A stretch of 64,000 nt of DNA, from assembly GCA_963677935.2 (NCBI GenBank), contig CAXXEH010000003.1, positions 2,349,820 to 2,413,819 of the forward strand, written 5' to 3'. Both the position numbers and the translations under genes were made by a program. The notes under the pieces are model-generated. The model had not been told where the DNA came from, did no database searches, and saw nothing but the letters and a program-made list of their open reading frames with translations. The DNA is from Prolixibacteraceae bacterium (GTDB lineage Bacteria > Bacteroidota > Bacteroidia > Bacteroidales > Prolixibacteraceae). Position 1 is the stretch's first letter. The number at the start of each line of letters is the position of its first letter. This document shows positions 18,559-28,930 of this stretch, one piece after another.

Positions 18559-18978
18559 ATGAAATACCTGACACTTTTGATATTAATTCTGTTTTCGTGT
18601 TCCAAATCAATTGATGAGGATAAATTATCCTTAAATGAGTCAAAATGGCAAAGTTCTAAAATTGTAAATTATGAATTCACCCTAAGCATAATGTGTTTTT
18701 GCCCGGAGGAACGAACTGGACCTCATATCATAAAGGTCGTGAATGATAAAATAGTTACTGTAAATAACCTTCCTTATGACCCCGTTAAAACAGGAGAGTT
18801 AATGACGATAAGTCAACTATTCGAATTTATTAAAACAAGTATTGCTAACAATCCTTTCAAAAATACGATTGAATACAATCCAACCTATGGATATCCCCAA
18901 AATGTATATTTCGATTTTAACCAACAAATGGCAGATGAAGAAATAGGCTATCAAATCTCCAATTTCAAAATAAATTAG
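18559..18978 (+). CDS. small lipoprotein, unknown function
   Basis: 139 aa with lipoprotein signal LILILFSCSK. A CFCP motif is present. No family assigned with confidence. Confidence 0.6.
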   Translation: MKYLTLLILILFSCSKSIDEDKLSLNESKWQSSKIVNYEFTLSIMCFCPEERTGPHIIKVVNDKIVTVNNLPYDPVKTGELMTISQLFEFIKTSIANNPFKNTIEYNPTYGYPQNVYFDFNQQMADEEIGYQISNFKIN

Positions 18979-19140
18979 CCAGACGAAAAATAAAGCCCAA
19001 ACTATGCGTTTTACATTTTACTGTTCTAATTTTGAATTCCTTATATTTGACCAATTGCAGGATCAGGAGCATTAAATTGTATGGAGTGAATAATCTATTG
19101 ATACTCCAACGGATTTTTTATAAAATCAAATCATATACAA

Positions 19141-21783
19141 ATGAAATCTTCACTTATAACTACATTGATTATCATCTTTTTATATACCTCCTCATATGCC
19201 TCAGAAAAGAAGAATCCCCAACCGTTAAATCAAACAACCAATACCCCTGATGCGAATCAGGGCGTTAAGAATATTCAGCTTATTGGTCATGCACACATCG
19301 ATCTGGCTTACCGATGGCGCTGGAATGAGACGATGGACAGGGTAATCCCGGAGACCTTCCGGGGCGTTTTGCGAATGATGGATACCGTGAAGGGTCTCAC
19401 CTTTGCTCAAAGTCAATCGGCAATTTATGAGGTGATCAAAAAAAATGATCCCTTTCTGTTCAGGGAGATACAAAAACGGATTGCCGATAGTACCTGGAGC
19501 GTTGTTGCCTCCCAGTGGTGTGAGCCCGATGAGATGCTCCCTTGCGGAGAATCGTTCATTCGTCAGTTTGTTCTGGCCAATGAGTTCAATCAGAAATATT
19601 TAATTCAAAAGCCTGTAAATATTGTATGGGCGCCGGATGCCTTTAGCGGTCATGCAGCAACACTGCCTAAAATCTATAAAGGTTGTGGAATAGATTACTA
19701 TGTATTTATGCGTGCAATGCCACAGGACAAGCGCATATTTTGGTGGGAATCAACGGATGGCTCAAAAATCCTTGCTTACAATACCCCTTACAAATATAAT
19801 TCAGATCTCGCTTTTAATCCTTTGATAAAAAGCGTAAATGAATGGACAAAGATTTCGGGATACGCTGACGCGATGGTTCTATATGGCCAGGGTGATCATG
19901 GGGGCGGTCCCAGGGAAGCGGATATGGAAGATCTGAAAAAGCTAAGAACCCTACCCGGAGTGCCCCCAATATCATTTATAACCCCCGAAAAATATTTTGC
20001 CAGGCTTAAATCTTCAGCTGAAAAATTTCCATCCTATGAAGGTGAAATGGGAGTTAAATTGCCAACTTCCGAAGAGTTAACCTTATTGAATAAAAGCACA
20101 TCTGATCCCAAAGAGTTGCATACACGTATTACTCACGCTTATGGTTCATGGCGGGGGACCTACACATCCCATATTTCTACAAAGAAGTTAAATCGTGATG
20201 CGGAAAATATGTTGATCACAGCCGAAACATTTGCAACTATCGGATCCGGACTTCAGGGTAAACCGTTTCACCCGCGTATCGATTTTCGTGAAGCCTGGAA
20301 AACGTTGCTTCGCAATCAATTCCACGATGTGCTGGCAGGGACAATTGTAGGTGATGCCGCCCGGGATGCGGACGAAGATTTGAAGGGAGTTGTAAAGGAG
20401 GGGAAACGCCTGCTGAACTTTGGACTTGAAACGATCGGTTCGCGAATCAATACAAGCAATACTGAAAATCCGCTTATTATTTATAATCCGCTTTCCTGGA
20501 TCAGAAGTGGAATTGTCAGCGCTAACCTTAGATTCATCAGACCCATCGAAAAATTCAGCATCACCGATTCAGAAGGAAATCAAATCCCGTTTCAGGTAGA
20601 CTGCGTAAAAGAAAATCACCAAAACATTGATATCAGCATGTGGGCCGGCGATATTCCGGCGGTAGGATACAAGGTTTTTTCCGTTCATCCTGATTCAGTC
20701 GTTGAGTCTCCAAAGGGGATAGCTCTTTCGGCATATAGTGCTGAGAATAAATACTTCAGGATCACCTGGGATGATGACGGAGTAACCAGCATTTTCGATA
20801 AAACGTTGTCAAAAGAGGTATTATCGGGGAAAGGAAATACGCTTCAACTGCTTGAAGAGGAGCCGAGCAGTTCCTGGGGAATATTCCTTACCGGGAAAAA
20901 GATTCCTATCACACGTTTGAAGGGGGCAGAAATGATTGAAAACGGCCCGGTGAGGCTGGTCGTCCAGTGGAGAGATGTCACCGAAGAATCACTATTTGTA
21001 CGAAAAATGATTCTTGAGAAAGAATCACCAGAGGTGAAGTTTTCGATCCTTACCGATTGGCATGACCATGATAAACTACTAAAGGTTGCCTTTCCCGTAA
21101 AAGTTGAGCAGGGGAAGGGGAGCTATGAAATCCCTTATGGAAATATCGAAAGGTCGTTATCCGATCTGGATAATCCGGCACAAAACTGGGTCGATTTATC
21201 AAATGGTACATGGGGCGTCTCCCTGCTCAATAATGGCAGGTACGGTTTTTCCATCAATGAAGGGATGATACAGATGTCGGTGATTCGCGGACCACGCGAC
21301 ATGGATCCCCGCATGGATCAAGGCATACAGGAGGTAAATTATGCCCTGGTTGCTCATAAAGGGAGTTGGAAAGAAGCTGAGATCGTCAACAGAGCTTATG
21401 AATTTAACCGCCCCTTAATCGCCCTGCAGGAAGGTAGGCATGTTGCAGAAATTAGCGGTTGGACAAGGAACATTTCCCTTCCAATGGAACACTCATTCTA
21501 CAGCACCGATCAGAAAAATGTAATTATTTCGGCTATTAAAGTGCTCCAGGGTGACTGGTCTCCGGCATCAATTGTAATTCGTCTGTTCGAAACCAACGGT
21601 AAGGAGAGCATGGTGAAGGTAAAATTACCTTTTAAACCAACTTCAATTATGGAGGCAAATCACATTGAGATTCCCCTTGTGCAACAACCCAAAATAGATA
21701 TTGGGGATGGAGAATTTTCTTTCCGAATCGGGAAGGACCAGATCAGGACATTTATAGTGAATGGTTTTTCGGGGAAAGAATAA
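19141..21783 (+). CDS. glycoside hydrolase family 38 alpha-mannosidase (secreted)
   Basis: 880 aa with a signal peptide. GH38 metal-site motif HAHIDLAYRWRW and QFHDVLAGT are present, followed by a long beta-rich C-terminal region. Confidence 0.85.
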   Translation: MKSSLITTLIIIFLYTSSYASEKKNPQPLNQTTNTPDANQGVKNIQLIGHAHIDLAYRWRWNETMDRVIPETFRGVLRMMDTVKGLTFAQSQSAIYEVIKKNDPFLFREIQKRIADSTWSVVASQWCEPDEMLPCGESFIRQFVLANEFNQKYLIQKPVNIVWAPDAFSGHAATLPKIYKGCGIDYYVFMRAMPQDKRIFWWESTDGSKILAYNTPYKYNSDLAFNPLIKSVNEWTKISGYADAMVLYGQGDHGGGPREADMEDLKKLRTLPGVPPISFITPEKYFARLKSSAEKFPSYEGEMGVKLPTSEELTLLNKSTSDPKELHTRITHAYGSWRGTYTSHISTKKLNRDAENMLITAETFATIGSGLQGKPFHPRIDFREAWKTLLRNQFHDVLAGTIVGDAARDADEDLKGVVKEGKRLLNFGLETIGSRINTSNTENPLIIYNPLSWIRSGIVSANLRFIRPIEKFSITDSEGNQIPFQVDCVKENHQNIDISMWAGDIPAVGYKVFSVHPDSVVESPKGIALSAYSAENKYFRITWDDDGVTSIFDKTLSKEVLSGKGNTLQLLEEEPSSSWGIFLTGKKIPITRLKGAEMIENGPVRLVVQWRDVTEESLFVRKMILEKESPEVKFSILTDWHDHDKLLKVAFPVKVEQGKGSYEIPYGNIERSLSDLDNPAQNWVDLSNGTWGVSLLNNGRYGFSINEGMIQMSVIRGPRDMDPRMDQGIQEVNYALVAHKGSWKEAEIVNRAYEFNRPLIALQEGRHVAEISGWTRNISLPMEHSFYSTDQKNVIISAIKVLQGDWSPASIVIRLFETNGKESMVKVKLPFKPTSIMEANHIEIPLVQQPKIDIGDGEFSFRIGKDQIRTFIVNGFSGKE

Positions 21784-21810
21784 GAATCAAATATATTAAA
21801 CTGTTTACAT

Positions 21811-22641
21811 TCAAAACATTAATAGTTCTTTCCAAATAAAATAGTCTGCCGGGAAATCCTCCTTTTTTAATCCGGATTCACGTTTAAATAATCCGAATAC
21901 CGACGAGCCGCTACCCGACATGGCAGCATAAAAAGCCCCGCTGTCAAGCAACTTTGATTTGACACCGGCAATCTCCGGAAAAAACGGAAAAACGGAAACT
22001 TCAAAATCGTTGAAGATGCACGTCTGCCAGCTCTCCTGAGGTTGATGAATGGTGTCAGATAATGGGAATTGGGGTATTGAAGGTTTTACACCTGCGTATG
22101 CCTCTTTTGTTCCGACACCAAAAGGTGGCTTAACAATTACCAAATAACAGCCGTTTAGAGAAAAATCGATTGATTGCAGCTTCTCCCCTATTCCTGTTGC
22201 AAAAGCTGGTCTGTTCTCAATAAAAAAGGAGCAGTCGGCGCCCAGTGTCAGAGCATACCCTTTTAACTGATCAATGGTCAGTCCCAGTTCAAAATATTCA
22301 TTCAACCCCTTGAGCAGAAAAGCGGCATCGGATGAACCTCCACCCAGTCCGGCGCCAAAGGGAATAACTTTATGCAGGTGGATATCTAGTCCCGGGAGGG
22401 ACTGATCTGCGGCCACTAACCGATATGCCTTTACGACAATATTCTCCTCCAGACCAATATTCAGCGGAATCCCCGAACCTGAAAAATTGATCTTATTCTG
22501 GTTATTCTCAATAAACTCCAGACCATCCTTTAATCCAATGGGGTAAAAGAGGGTCTCAAGTTCATGATAACCATCGGACCTTTTTCTGAGAATATTCAGT
22601 CCAAGATTAATTTTTGCATTAGGGAATTGAATCATCTCCAT
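21811..22641 (-). CDS. ispE: 4-(cytidine 5'-diphospho)-2-C-methyl-D-erythritol kinase
   Basis: 276 aa with PNAKINLGLNILRKRSDGYHELETLF and the GHMP kinase loop PFGAGLGGGSSDAA. Confidence 0.9.
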   Translation of the reverse strand: MEMIQFPNAKINLGLNILRKRSDGYHELETLFYPIGLKDGLEFIENNQNKINFSGSGIPLNIGLEENIVVKAYRLVAADQSLPGLDIHLHKVIPFGAGLGGGSSDAAFLLKGLNEYFELGLTIDQLKGYALTLGADCSFFIENRPAFATGIGEKLQSIDFSLNGCYLVIVKPPFGVGTKEAYAGVKPSIPQFPLSDTIHQPQESWQTCIFNDFEVSVFPFFPEIAGVKSKLLDSGAFYAAMSGSGSSVFGLFKRESGLKKEDFPADYFIWKELLMF

Positions 22642-22652
22642 TTTTTATTTAC

Positions 22653-22680
22653 CACATTAGACACATTAGATCACATTAGA
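22653..22680. promoter_or_regulatory. three tandem CACATTAGA boxes just upstream of ispE (candidate operator/promoter element)
   Basis: cacattaga occurs at 22653, 22662 and 22672. An inverted copy, ctaatgtg, is at 22783-22790 in the same 167-bp intergenic region. Confidence 0.3.
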
Positions 22681-22808
22681 AGATTACAAAATACTGATAT
22701 ACAGAATGCAAGATAAATAACGTATACCCCATCCAGTAAAAAAGCAAAATTTTTCCTTTTATACTACTGTGTCCTATTGTGCCTAATGTGGTTCTTTCTC
22801 CTGATTCC

Positions 22809-25673
22809 TTACTTATAACTCTCAAGCGGTTCGCAGGTACAGAACAGGTTGCGATCTCCCCAGGCATTATCGACGCGGCCAACGGGAACCCAGAACTTGT
22901 TCTCCCGAAGCCATTCCAATGGGAAAGCTGCTTTTTCGCGCGAATAGGCGTGCGTCCATTCGTTAGCAGTAAGCATCTCAGCCGTATGTGGCGCATTCAT
23001 CAATACATTATCCACCTTATCCGCTACTCCTGTTTCAACCTCTTTAATCTCGTCGAAGATTGCATTCATGGTATCGACAAAACGATCGAGCTCCTCCTTT
23101 GATTCACTCTCGGTAGGCTCAACCATCAGTGTACCATGGACGGGAAACGAAAGTGTGGGGGCATGAAACCCATAATCCATGAGTCGTTTCGAAATATCGG
23201 TTTCCGAAATACCGGAAGCGTTCTTTAGATGGCGACATTCCAGAATCATCTCATGACCTACACGTCCGTTTTCACCTGTATACAAAATTCCATAGTTATC
23301 TTTCAGACGGGTAGCAATATAGTTGGCATTCAGAATCGCAATTTTCGTAGCATCGGTAAGTCCATCCGCGCCAAGCATTTTAATATAACCATAAGTAATT
23401 GTCAACACCGAAGCGCTTCCCCATGGGGCCGCCGAGACAGCGTGAATACCGACATGTCCGTTGTTCATCACCGGATGGGCGGGCAGAAATTCTACAAGGT
23501 GCTGAGCCACACAGATAGGTCCAACTCCGGGACCTCCACCTCCATGTGGAATGGCAAAAGTTTTATGCAGATTCAGGTGACATACATCAGCTCCGATCCT
23601 GCTTGGATTGGTTAAACCAACCTGGGCATTCATATTCGCGCCATCCATATACACCTGACCGCCATACTGGTGGATAATGCTACACATTTCGGTGATCGAA
23701 GATTCAAAAACCCCATGTGTTGAAGGGTAGGTGACCATAAAGCAGGAGAGCTCATTCTTATACTCTTCGGCTTTAATCTTTAGTGCATTTACATCAATAT
23801 TTCCACGCTCATCGCATGGAACCACGACAACTTTCATCCCGGCCATTACGGCACTTGCAGGATTAGTCCCATGTGCTGACGATGGGATCAGGGCTACATT
23901 CCTGCCCCCCTCTCCCCTGCTTTTATGGTATTCCCTGATCACAAGCAAGCCCGCATATTCGCCCGCAGCGCCGGAATTAGGTTGTAGGGAAACATCAGCA
24001 AATCCGGTGATTTCGGCCAGATCGCGGCGTAACTCCTCCATCATCTCATGATAACCCATTGCCTGATTCTTGGGAACATAGGGATGTATTCCATTGAATT
24101 CGATCCAGCTAAGGGGCAACATTTCGGTTGCAGCATTCAGTTTCATGGTACACGATCCCAGTGAGATCATCGAATGGACCAAGGAGATATCTTTCTTTTC
24201 CAGACGTTTGATGTAACGTGCCATCTCTGTCTCTGAACGGTATTTACTAAAAACATGCTGTGTAAGATATTTCGATTTCCGAAGAAAAGCTGTATCAATG
24301 GATAAATTCTCAGGTATTGCCGATATGACCGGAACAGGTTTGTTGGCTGCCTTGGCAAAAACCTCCAAAATCCAGTTAATATCCTCAATGTTGGTTGTCT
24401 CATCAATACTTAAACCAATCTGTCCATTGGGCAAATAGCGGAAGTTCATTTCGAGATCTATTGAGAGCCATTCAATATCTTCCCGCTTTACATGCCGAGG
24501 CAAATCGATCCTGATGGTATCAAAAAAATTCTGGTTAAGCTGTTTATATCCCAGTTTGGTGATCTCGCCTGTTAACAATCCTGTGATATTATGCACCCGG
24601 TCGGCAATTGCCTTGATCCCTTCGGGACCATGATAGATTGCATACATCCCGGCCATCGTCGCAAGAAGCGCCTGTGCGGTACAGATATTAGAGGTTGCCT
24701 TTTCACGCTTGATATGTTGTTCACGTGTCTGAAGTGCCATACGAAGTGCATTCTTTCCATTTACATCTTTGGAAACACCAATAATTCTTCCAGGCAGATC
24801 GCGCTTATATTGGTCACGCGTAGCAAAAAACGCAGCAACGGGTCCGCCATAACCCATTGAAACGCCAAAACGTTGAGAGGAGCCAAATACAATATCGGCG
24901 CCCCATTCACCCGGAGGTGTCAGTAAAGCTAAAGCAAGCAAATCGGTAGCAACTGCCACCTTACACCCTTTTTCCTGCATGCTTTTTGTAAAACCGGAGT
25001 AATCTTCGATTTCACCATTAGAATTAGGATACTGCAAAATAGCGCCAAACCAGTTTTCATCAGCTACCGCATCCTTAAAATTACCGATTTTTAATTCAAT
25101 TCCCAGCGGCTCAGCTCTGGTAATCAATACGTCGAGGGTTTGCGGCCAGATCAGTTCATCAACAAAACAAACATTTGCACCAGCTTTCTCCTGTGCCCTC
25201 GATCGCAGACCTAGCATCATATGCATTGCCTCGGCTGCAGCAGTAGCTTCATCCAACAAAGAGGCATTGGCAAGCGGCATGGCTGTCATTTCGCAAACCA
25301 TGGTCTGAAAATTCAATAATGCTTCGAGCCTTCCTTGCGAAATCTCAGCCTGGTAAGGGGTATAAGAGGTGTACCAAACCGGGTTTTCAAGGATATTACG
25401 CAAAATTACTGCGGGGGTAATGGTGTCGAACCATCCCATCCCGATATAGGTGTTGAAAACTTTGTTCTTCTGTGCCAGCTTCAGAATTTTTCTGAAATAC
25501 TCCCTTTCTGTCAGTCCGTTAGGAAGGTTTAGCGGTTTCTCCAGCCGTATATTCGCAGGAACAGTCTGTTCAATCAGTTCATCAAGCGACTGAACACCAA
25601 TCACATTAAGCATCGCTTTTATATCATCCTCGCGTGGTCCGATATGACGACTTACAAATTTATCTATAGCCAT
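22809..25673 (-). CDS. gcvP: glycine dehydrogenase (decarboxylating), glycine cleavage P-protein
   Basis: 954 aa, full-length and colinear with single-chain P-proteins. It starts [13 protein letters not shown] and has the PLP region [18 protein letters not shown]. Confidence 0.95.
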   Translation of the reverse strand: MAIDKFVSRHIGPREDDIKAMLNVIGVQSLDELIEQTVPANIRLEKPLNLPNGLTEREYFRKILKLAQKNKVFNTYIGMGWFDTITPAVILRNILENPVWYTSYTPYQAEISQGRLEALLNFQTMVCEMTAMPLANASLLDEATAAAEAMHMMLGLRSRAQEKAGANVCFVDELIWPQTLDVLITRAEPLGIELKIGNFKDAVADENWFGAILQYPNSNGEIEDYSGFTKSMQEKGCKVAVATDLLALALLTPPGEWGADIVFGSSQRFGVSMGYGGPVAAFFATRDQYKRDLPGRIIGVSKDVNGKNALRMALQTREQHIKREKATSNICTAQALLATMAGMYAIYHGPEGIKAIADRVHNITGLLTGEITKLGYKQLNQNFFDTIRIDLPRHVKREDIEWLSIDLEMNFRYLPNGQIGLSIDETTNIEDINWILEVFAKAANKPVPVISAIPENLSIDTAFLRKSKYLTQHVFSKYRSETEMARYIKRLEKKDISLVHSMISLGSCTMKLNAATEMLPLSWIEFNGIHPYVPKNQAMGYHEMMEELRRDLAEITGFADVSLQPNSGAAGEYAGLLVIREYHKSRGEGGRNVALIPSSAHGTNPASAVMAGMKVVVVPCDERGNIDVNALKIKAEEYKNELSCFMVTYPSTHGVFESSITEMCSIIHQYGGQVYMDGANMNAQVGLTNPSRIGADVCHLNLHKTFAIPHGGGGPGVGPICVAQHLVEFLPAHPVMNNGHVGIHAVSAAPWGSASVLTITYGYIKMLGADGLTDATKIAILNANYIATRLKDNYGILYTGENGRVGHEMILECRHLKNASGISETDISKRLMDYGFHAPTLSFPVHGTLMVEPTESESKEELDRFVDTMNAIFDEIKEVETGVADKVDNVLMNAPHTAEMLTANEWTHAYSREKAAFPLEWLRENKFWVPVGRVDNAWGDRNLFCTCEPLESYK

Positions 25674-25710
25674 TTTATCTGTATTTTAGAATTATCGTTT
25701 ATAAAAAAAA

Positions 25711-25762
25711 CAGGCAGCTGGAGGTTGGCAACTAGCGGCTGGCAACTGGTAACTGGCTGGTG
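25711..25762. repeat. GC-rich CTGGC/GGCAACTGG short-motif repeat tract
   Basis: caggcagctggaggttggcaactagcggctggcaactggtaactggctggtg. It uses the same motif vocabulary as 2881-2990. Confidence 0.75.
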
Positions 25763-25817
25763 AAACTTAAAATTTAAGCTATCATTTTATATTGTTGAAA
25801 TCATATTTAACTGAATA

Positions 25818-26453
25818 TCAATTCAAGAACGGATTATTTCTTTTTTCCGAACCGATAGTGGTTTCAGGACCATGACCACAGTAAACTGTCACATCAGGAT
25901 CAAGTATCATCAGTTTTTCCTTTATACCGGTGATTAACTGTTCATGGTTCCCTCGTACAAGATCGGTACGGCCAACGGAACCATAAAAAAGGATGTCTCC
26001 GCCAATCAATAGTTTGTCAGCTTCAGCGTAGAAAGCCACACCTCCGGGACAATGTCCGGGAACAAAAATCACCTTTAAAGTCGAATTTCCGAAGGTGATC
26101 AGATCACCGTCATCAAAAAAACTTCCTGGTAACGGAGGATTCTTCATCGGCATACCAAACATGGAAGCCTGATTTGAAGCCTGTTCCACAAGGAATTTGT
26201 CCTCCTTATGGATTTCGCTCTTCAATCCCCAGGTTTTCTCAACAAAACCATTTCCCATCAGGTGGTCAAAATGGCCATGGGTATTCAATAACCGAACCGG
26301 TTTCAGATGATTTGTTTCGATGAATGTTTTGAGTTCCTGCTCCTCGTAAGGGTAAAAACAGGCGGGGTCAATAATCACACATTCCAGCGTTTCGTCCCAT
26401 AATACAATGGCATTTACTTCAACCGGATTAAATGTGAATTTTTTTATATGCAT
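25818..26453 (-). CDS. MBL-fold metallo-hydrolase (glyoxalase II-like)
   Basis: 211 aa with the HxHxDH motif as HGHFDH, plus downstream His/Asp ligands (VPGHCPGG, GDILF, CGHGP). Confidence 0.85.
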   Translation of the reverse strand: MHIKKFTFNPVEVNAIVLWDETLECVIIDPACFYPYEEQELKTFIETNHLKPVRLLNTHGHFDHLMGNGFVEKTWGLKSEIHKEDKFLVEQASNQASMFGMPMKNPPLPGSFFDDGDLITFGNSTLKVIFVPGHCPGGVAFYAEADKLLIGGDILFYGSVGRTDLVRGNHEQLITGIKEKLMILDPDVTVYCGHGPETTIGSEKRNNPFLN

Positions 26454-26579
26454 AGTTTAACTGATTGCAATTTACCAAACAACACAAAATGAAATCGTTG
26501 CCTTAAGACCGATCCTAAATTGGAAATGGAAAGTCGTCTTTAAAATGGCACTGCGAAGGTAGGAAATGTATAGGTAAGA

Positions 26580-26822
26580 TCAAATTAATCGATATCTAAA
26601 ACAATCTTCATGTAAATTACTAGTACCCTTACCAATTTTAACCCTCAATATCAGGGAACCTTTTTGCACATTAGATGTGATCTGGCAAATAATAGTCGAA
26701 GGATGGGGAATCTTGTTTAGGAGGTTTGTTTGTATAATAAAAACCGGCCTTGTTTTACCTGGTTCAGTACCAATCTGAGGGTTCAAATCAGCTGTTCATA
26801 TTTCGAATTGTTTAATCAACAT
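26580..26822 (-). pseudogene. decayed MazF/PemK-family toxin gene (in-frame TGA at a conserved Trp position, aberrant C-terminus)
   Basis: From ATG 26822 the reading is MLIKQFEI-TGA(26796-26798)-TADLNPQIGTEPGKTRPVFIIQTNLLN...ICQITSN. That is the PemK core (G.E..K.RP..I.....N). The tail ends early at 26580. Confidence 0.65.
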
Positions 26823-26889
26823 CTCCAAGCTCCTCAAATTCTCTGAGCACCAACATTGAATCATCTATTTTAAGAGACAATGTTTTCAT
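26812..26889 (-). pseudogene. 25-codon remnant of the cognate antitoxin ORF
   Basis: MKTLSLKIDDSMLVLREFEELGDVD*. Its end overlaps the toxin ATG (GAG ATG TTG ATT AA). It is too short for a functional RHH antitoxin. Confidence 0.4.
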
Positions 26890-27006
26890 GAAAATGCTAA
26901 TTTACTCCGCAAAGGGATATCTTATTTGTATATACTAATACTAAACATAGTTGTCCAGGAAAATATCTATTTGTATTCACAGATTCTTCGCTACACTTCG
27001 TTTGGC

Positions 27007-27999
27007 TTAGAACGGTTTATTTTCTTTGTGAATCTGATCCCACCTTTCTTTGACCCAATTCTTCTGTTCCGTCTTCGACAGAAACGTCCATGCCACAATC
27101 CTGCTAATTTTATTCCCCTGCCCCATCGGAATAGTTTTCACCTCAACTGCTCCAACCTCTTTTAAAGACCCGTAAATATTTTTCAGATTGGATTCCTTTG
27201 ATACCAAGGTCGAAAACCAAAAGCAGGAGGCAGAAAATTGCTTACTCTGGCAAATCATATTCTGCACAAACTTTAACTCGCCCCCATCACACCACAACTC
27301 ACTGTTCTGTCCTCCAAAGTTGAGTATCGGCTTGTTGATCTTTTGTCCTGATAAATTCTTTAACTTACGAATTGTCCCTGATTTCGCCTCAGCAGAAGAA
27401 GCATGGAAAGGGGGATTGCAGAGGGTTAAATCAAACAGTTCACCATTCTGAACAATTCCAACAAAAATATTTTTGGAATTATCCTGTAATCTCAGTTCCA
27501 CCAGATCCTGTAACGATGGATTACCTTCGACAATTTTACTGGCCGATTCGATGGCCACCCGATCCACATCGGCACCCGTAAATGACCAGCAATACTCCTT
27601 AATTCCGATAATAGGATAGACACAGTTGGCTCCAACACCAATATCCAAACAATTGATATAATTACCTGCTGGTATTTCTCCGCGGTTGCAGCTCCCTAAG
27701 AGGTCAGCCAAGTAATGAATATAGTCGGCTCTTCCTGGAATAGGGGGACATAAATAGCCGGCTGGAATATCCCAGTATTCAATATGGTAATAATGCTTTA
27801 AAAGCGCCTTATTCAATTCCTTTACTGCCACCGGATTAAAAAAATCGATTGATTCATCCCCATAGGGATTTAATCTGACGAATTGAGACAATTCGTGACA
27901 ACTTTCCATCAGTAATTTAAAGTCATAGCGCTCACGATGTTTGTTCCGTGGATGTAAGCTGACTTTTTCTTTGGGATGTTCTCTATTATTTTGAAGCAT
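27007..27999 (-). CDS. rlmF: 23S rRNA (adenine1618-N6)-methyltransferase
   Basis: MLQNNREHPKEKVSLHPRNKHRERYDF..., CPPIPGRADYIHYLADLL and NPPFH match RlmF. The track start at 28014 is a TTG overlapping pcm, so I prefer the ATG at 27999. Confidence 0.85.
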   Translation of the reverse strand: MLQNNREHPKEKVSLHPRNKHRERYDFKLLMESCHELSQFVRLNPYGDESIDFFNPVAVKELNKALLKHYYHIEYWDIPAGYLCPPIPGRADYIHYLADLLGSCNRGEIPAGNYINCLDIGVGANCVYPIIGIKEYCWSFTGADVDRVAIESASKIVEGNPSLQDLVELRLQDNSKNIFVGIVQNGELFDLTLCNPPFHASSAEAKSGTIRKLKNLSGQKINKPILNFGGQNSELWCDGGELKFVQNMICQSKQFSASCFWFSTLVSKESNLKNIYGSLKEVGAVEVKTIPMGQGNKISRIVAWTFLSKTEQKNWVKERWDQIHKENKPF

Positions 28000-28010
28000 G
28001 TGCGGTGATA

Positions 28011-28664
28011 TCAATCCGATAACCCTGAAAGCAATGGTACAAAAACGAATCCTCCCTTATCTTCCTCTGTATATTCGGTCTCGCTGATGCGTGTAATGAT
28101 TTTCATGATCTGATGGTCACTTTTTCCAACAGGTATCACCAAAATTCCCCCGATCTTCAGTTGTTGTTTTAATGGTTCCGGTACAAACGTGGCTCCGGCA
28201 GTCACAATAATCTTGTCAAACGGACCATAGGTTGGAAGGCCCAGATAGCCATCTCCATAGAAAAAATGGGGTCGATAGCCCAACGTTGGCAAAAGATTAC
28301 GTGCAAAATCAAACAAAATTCGCTGACGCTCAATGGTGTAAACCGAGGCACCCATCCGGCATAAAACAGCGGCCTGATATCCTGAACCGGTACCAACTTC
28401 GAGTACCTTGTCGAATTTTTGAAGTTGTAGTGATTGTGTCTGAAATGCAACGGTATAAGGTTGTGAAATAGTCTGACCCACCGCAATGGGAAATGCTTTA
28501 TCAACATACGCATATTGAATAAAGCTGTTATCCATAAACAGGTGACGTGGAACTGAACCGATCGCTTCAAGAACCTTTTCATCGATAATCCCTTTTTTTC
28601 TGATCTCCTCGACCAATTTGCGACGCATTCCTTGATGCATAAATGTATCGTCTATCCTCGTCAT
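28011..28664 (-). CDS. pcm: protein-L-isoaspartate O-methyltransferase
   Basis: 217 aa with GQTISQPYTVA and the SAM motif VLEVGTGSGYQAAVL. Confidence 0.9.
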   Translation of the reverse strand: MTRIDDTFMHQGMRRKLVEEIRKKGIIDEKVLEAIGSVPRHLFMDNSFIQYAYVDKAFPIAVGQTISQPYTVAFQTQSLQLQKFDKVLEVGTGSGYQAAVLCRMGASVYTIERQRILFDFARNLLPTLGYRPHFFYGDGYLGLPTYGPFDKIIVTAGATFVPEPLKQQLKIGGILVIPVGKSDHQIMKIITRISETEYTEEDKGGFVFVPLLSGLSD

Positions 28665-28787
28665 TTAATTATTAAAATCTTAGAAATTAAGTATGTAACT
28701 ATTGAATATTCGCTTTACTTCAAACAACCGATGAATAACGACCGTACAAAATATATTTACACTCATCAAACCTGATGAAATAATTGC

Positions 28788-28827
28788 GCTGAGCGAAGCC
28801 GAAGACCTGTGCTGAGCGAAGCCGAAG
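28788..28827. repeat. two copies of gctgagcgaagccgaag (23-bp spacing)
   Basis: Exact 17-mers at 28788-28804 and 28811-28827, in the divergent intergenic region. Confidence 0.85.
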
Positions 28828-28930
28828 CACAAAATTATCATAAAATCGGGCTTTGTCAACAGCCGATGGTTGATAAATACAATAGAGTGATGTTCGGCGC
28901 TATTAACTATAAAACTATATTTGTTTCAGA

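Noticed and set aside
25674-25817. Glycine riboswitch upstream of gcvP
   Set aside because: The leader contains an A/T-rich stretch and the CTGGC repeat tract. I could not find the conserved glycine-aptamer core (GGAGAG ... CACCGAAGGGGCAA-type elements).
26796-26798. TGA read as Trp (alternative genetic code) in the PemK-like gene
   Set aside because: TGA terminates other well-supported genes in the window (e.g. pcm and the 95-aa membrane ORF), and Bacteroidota use the standard code. A nonsense mutation is the simpler reading.
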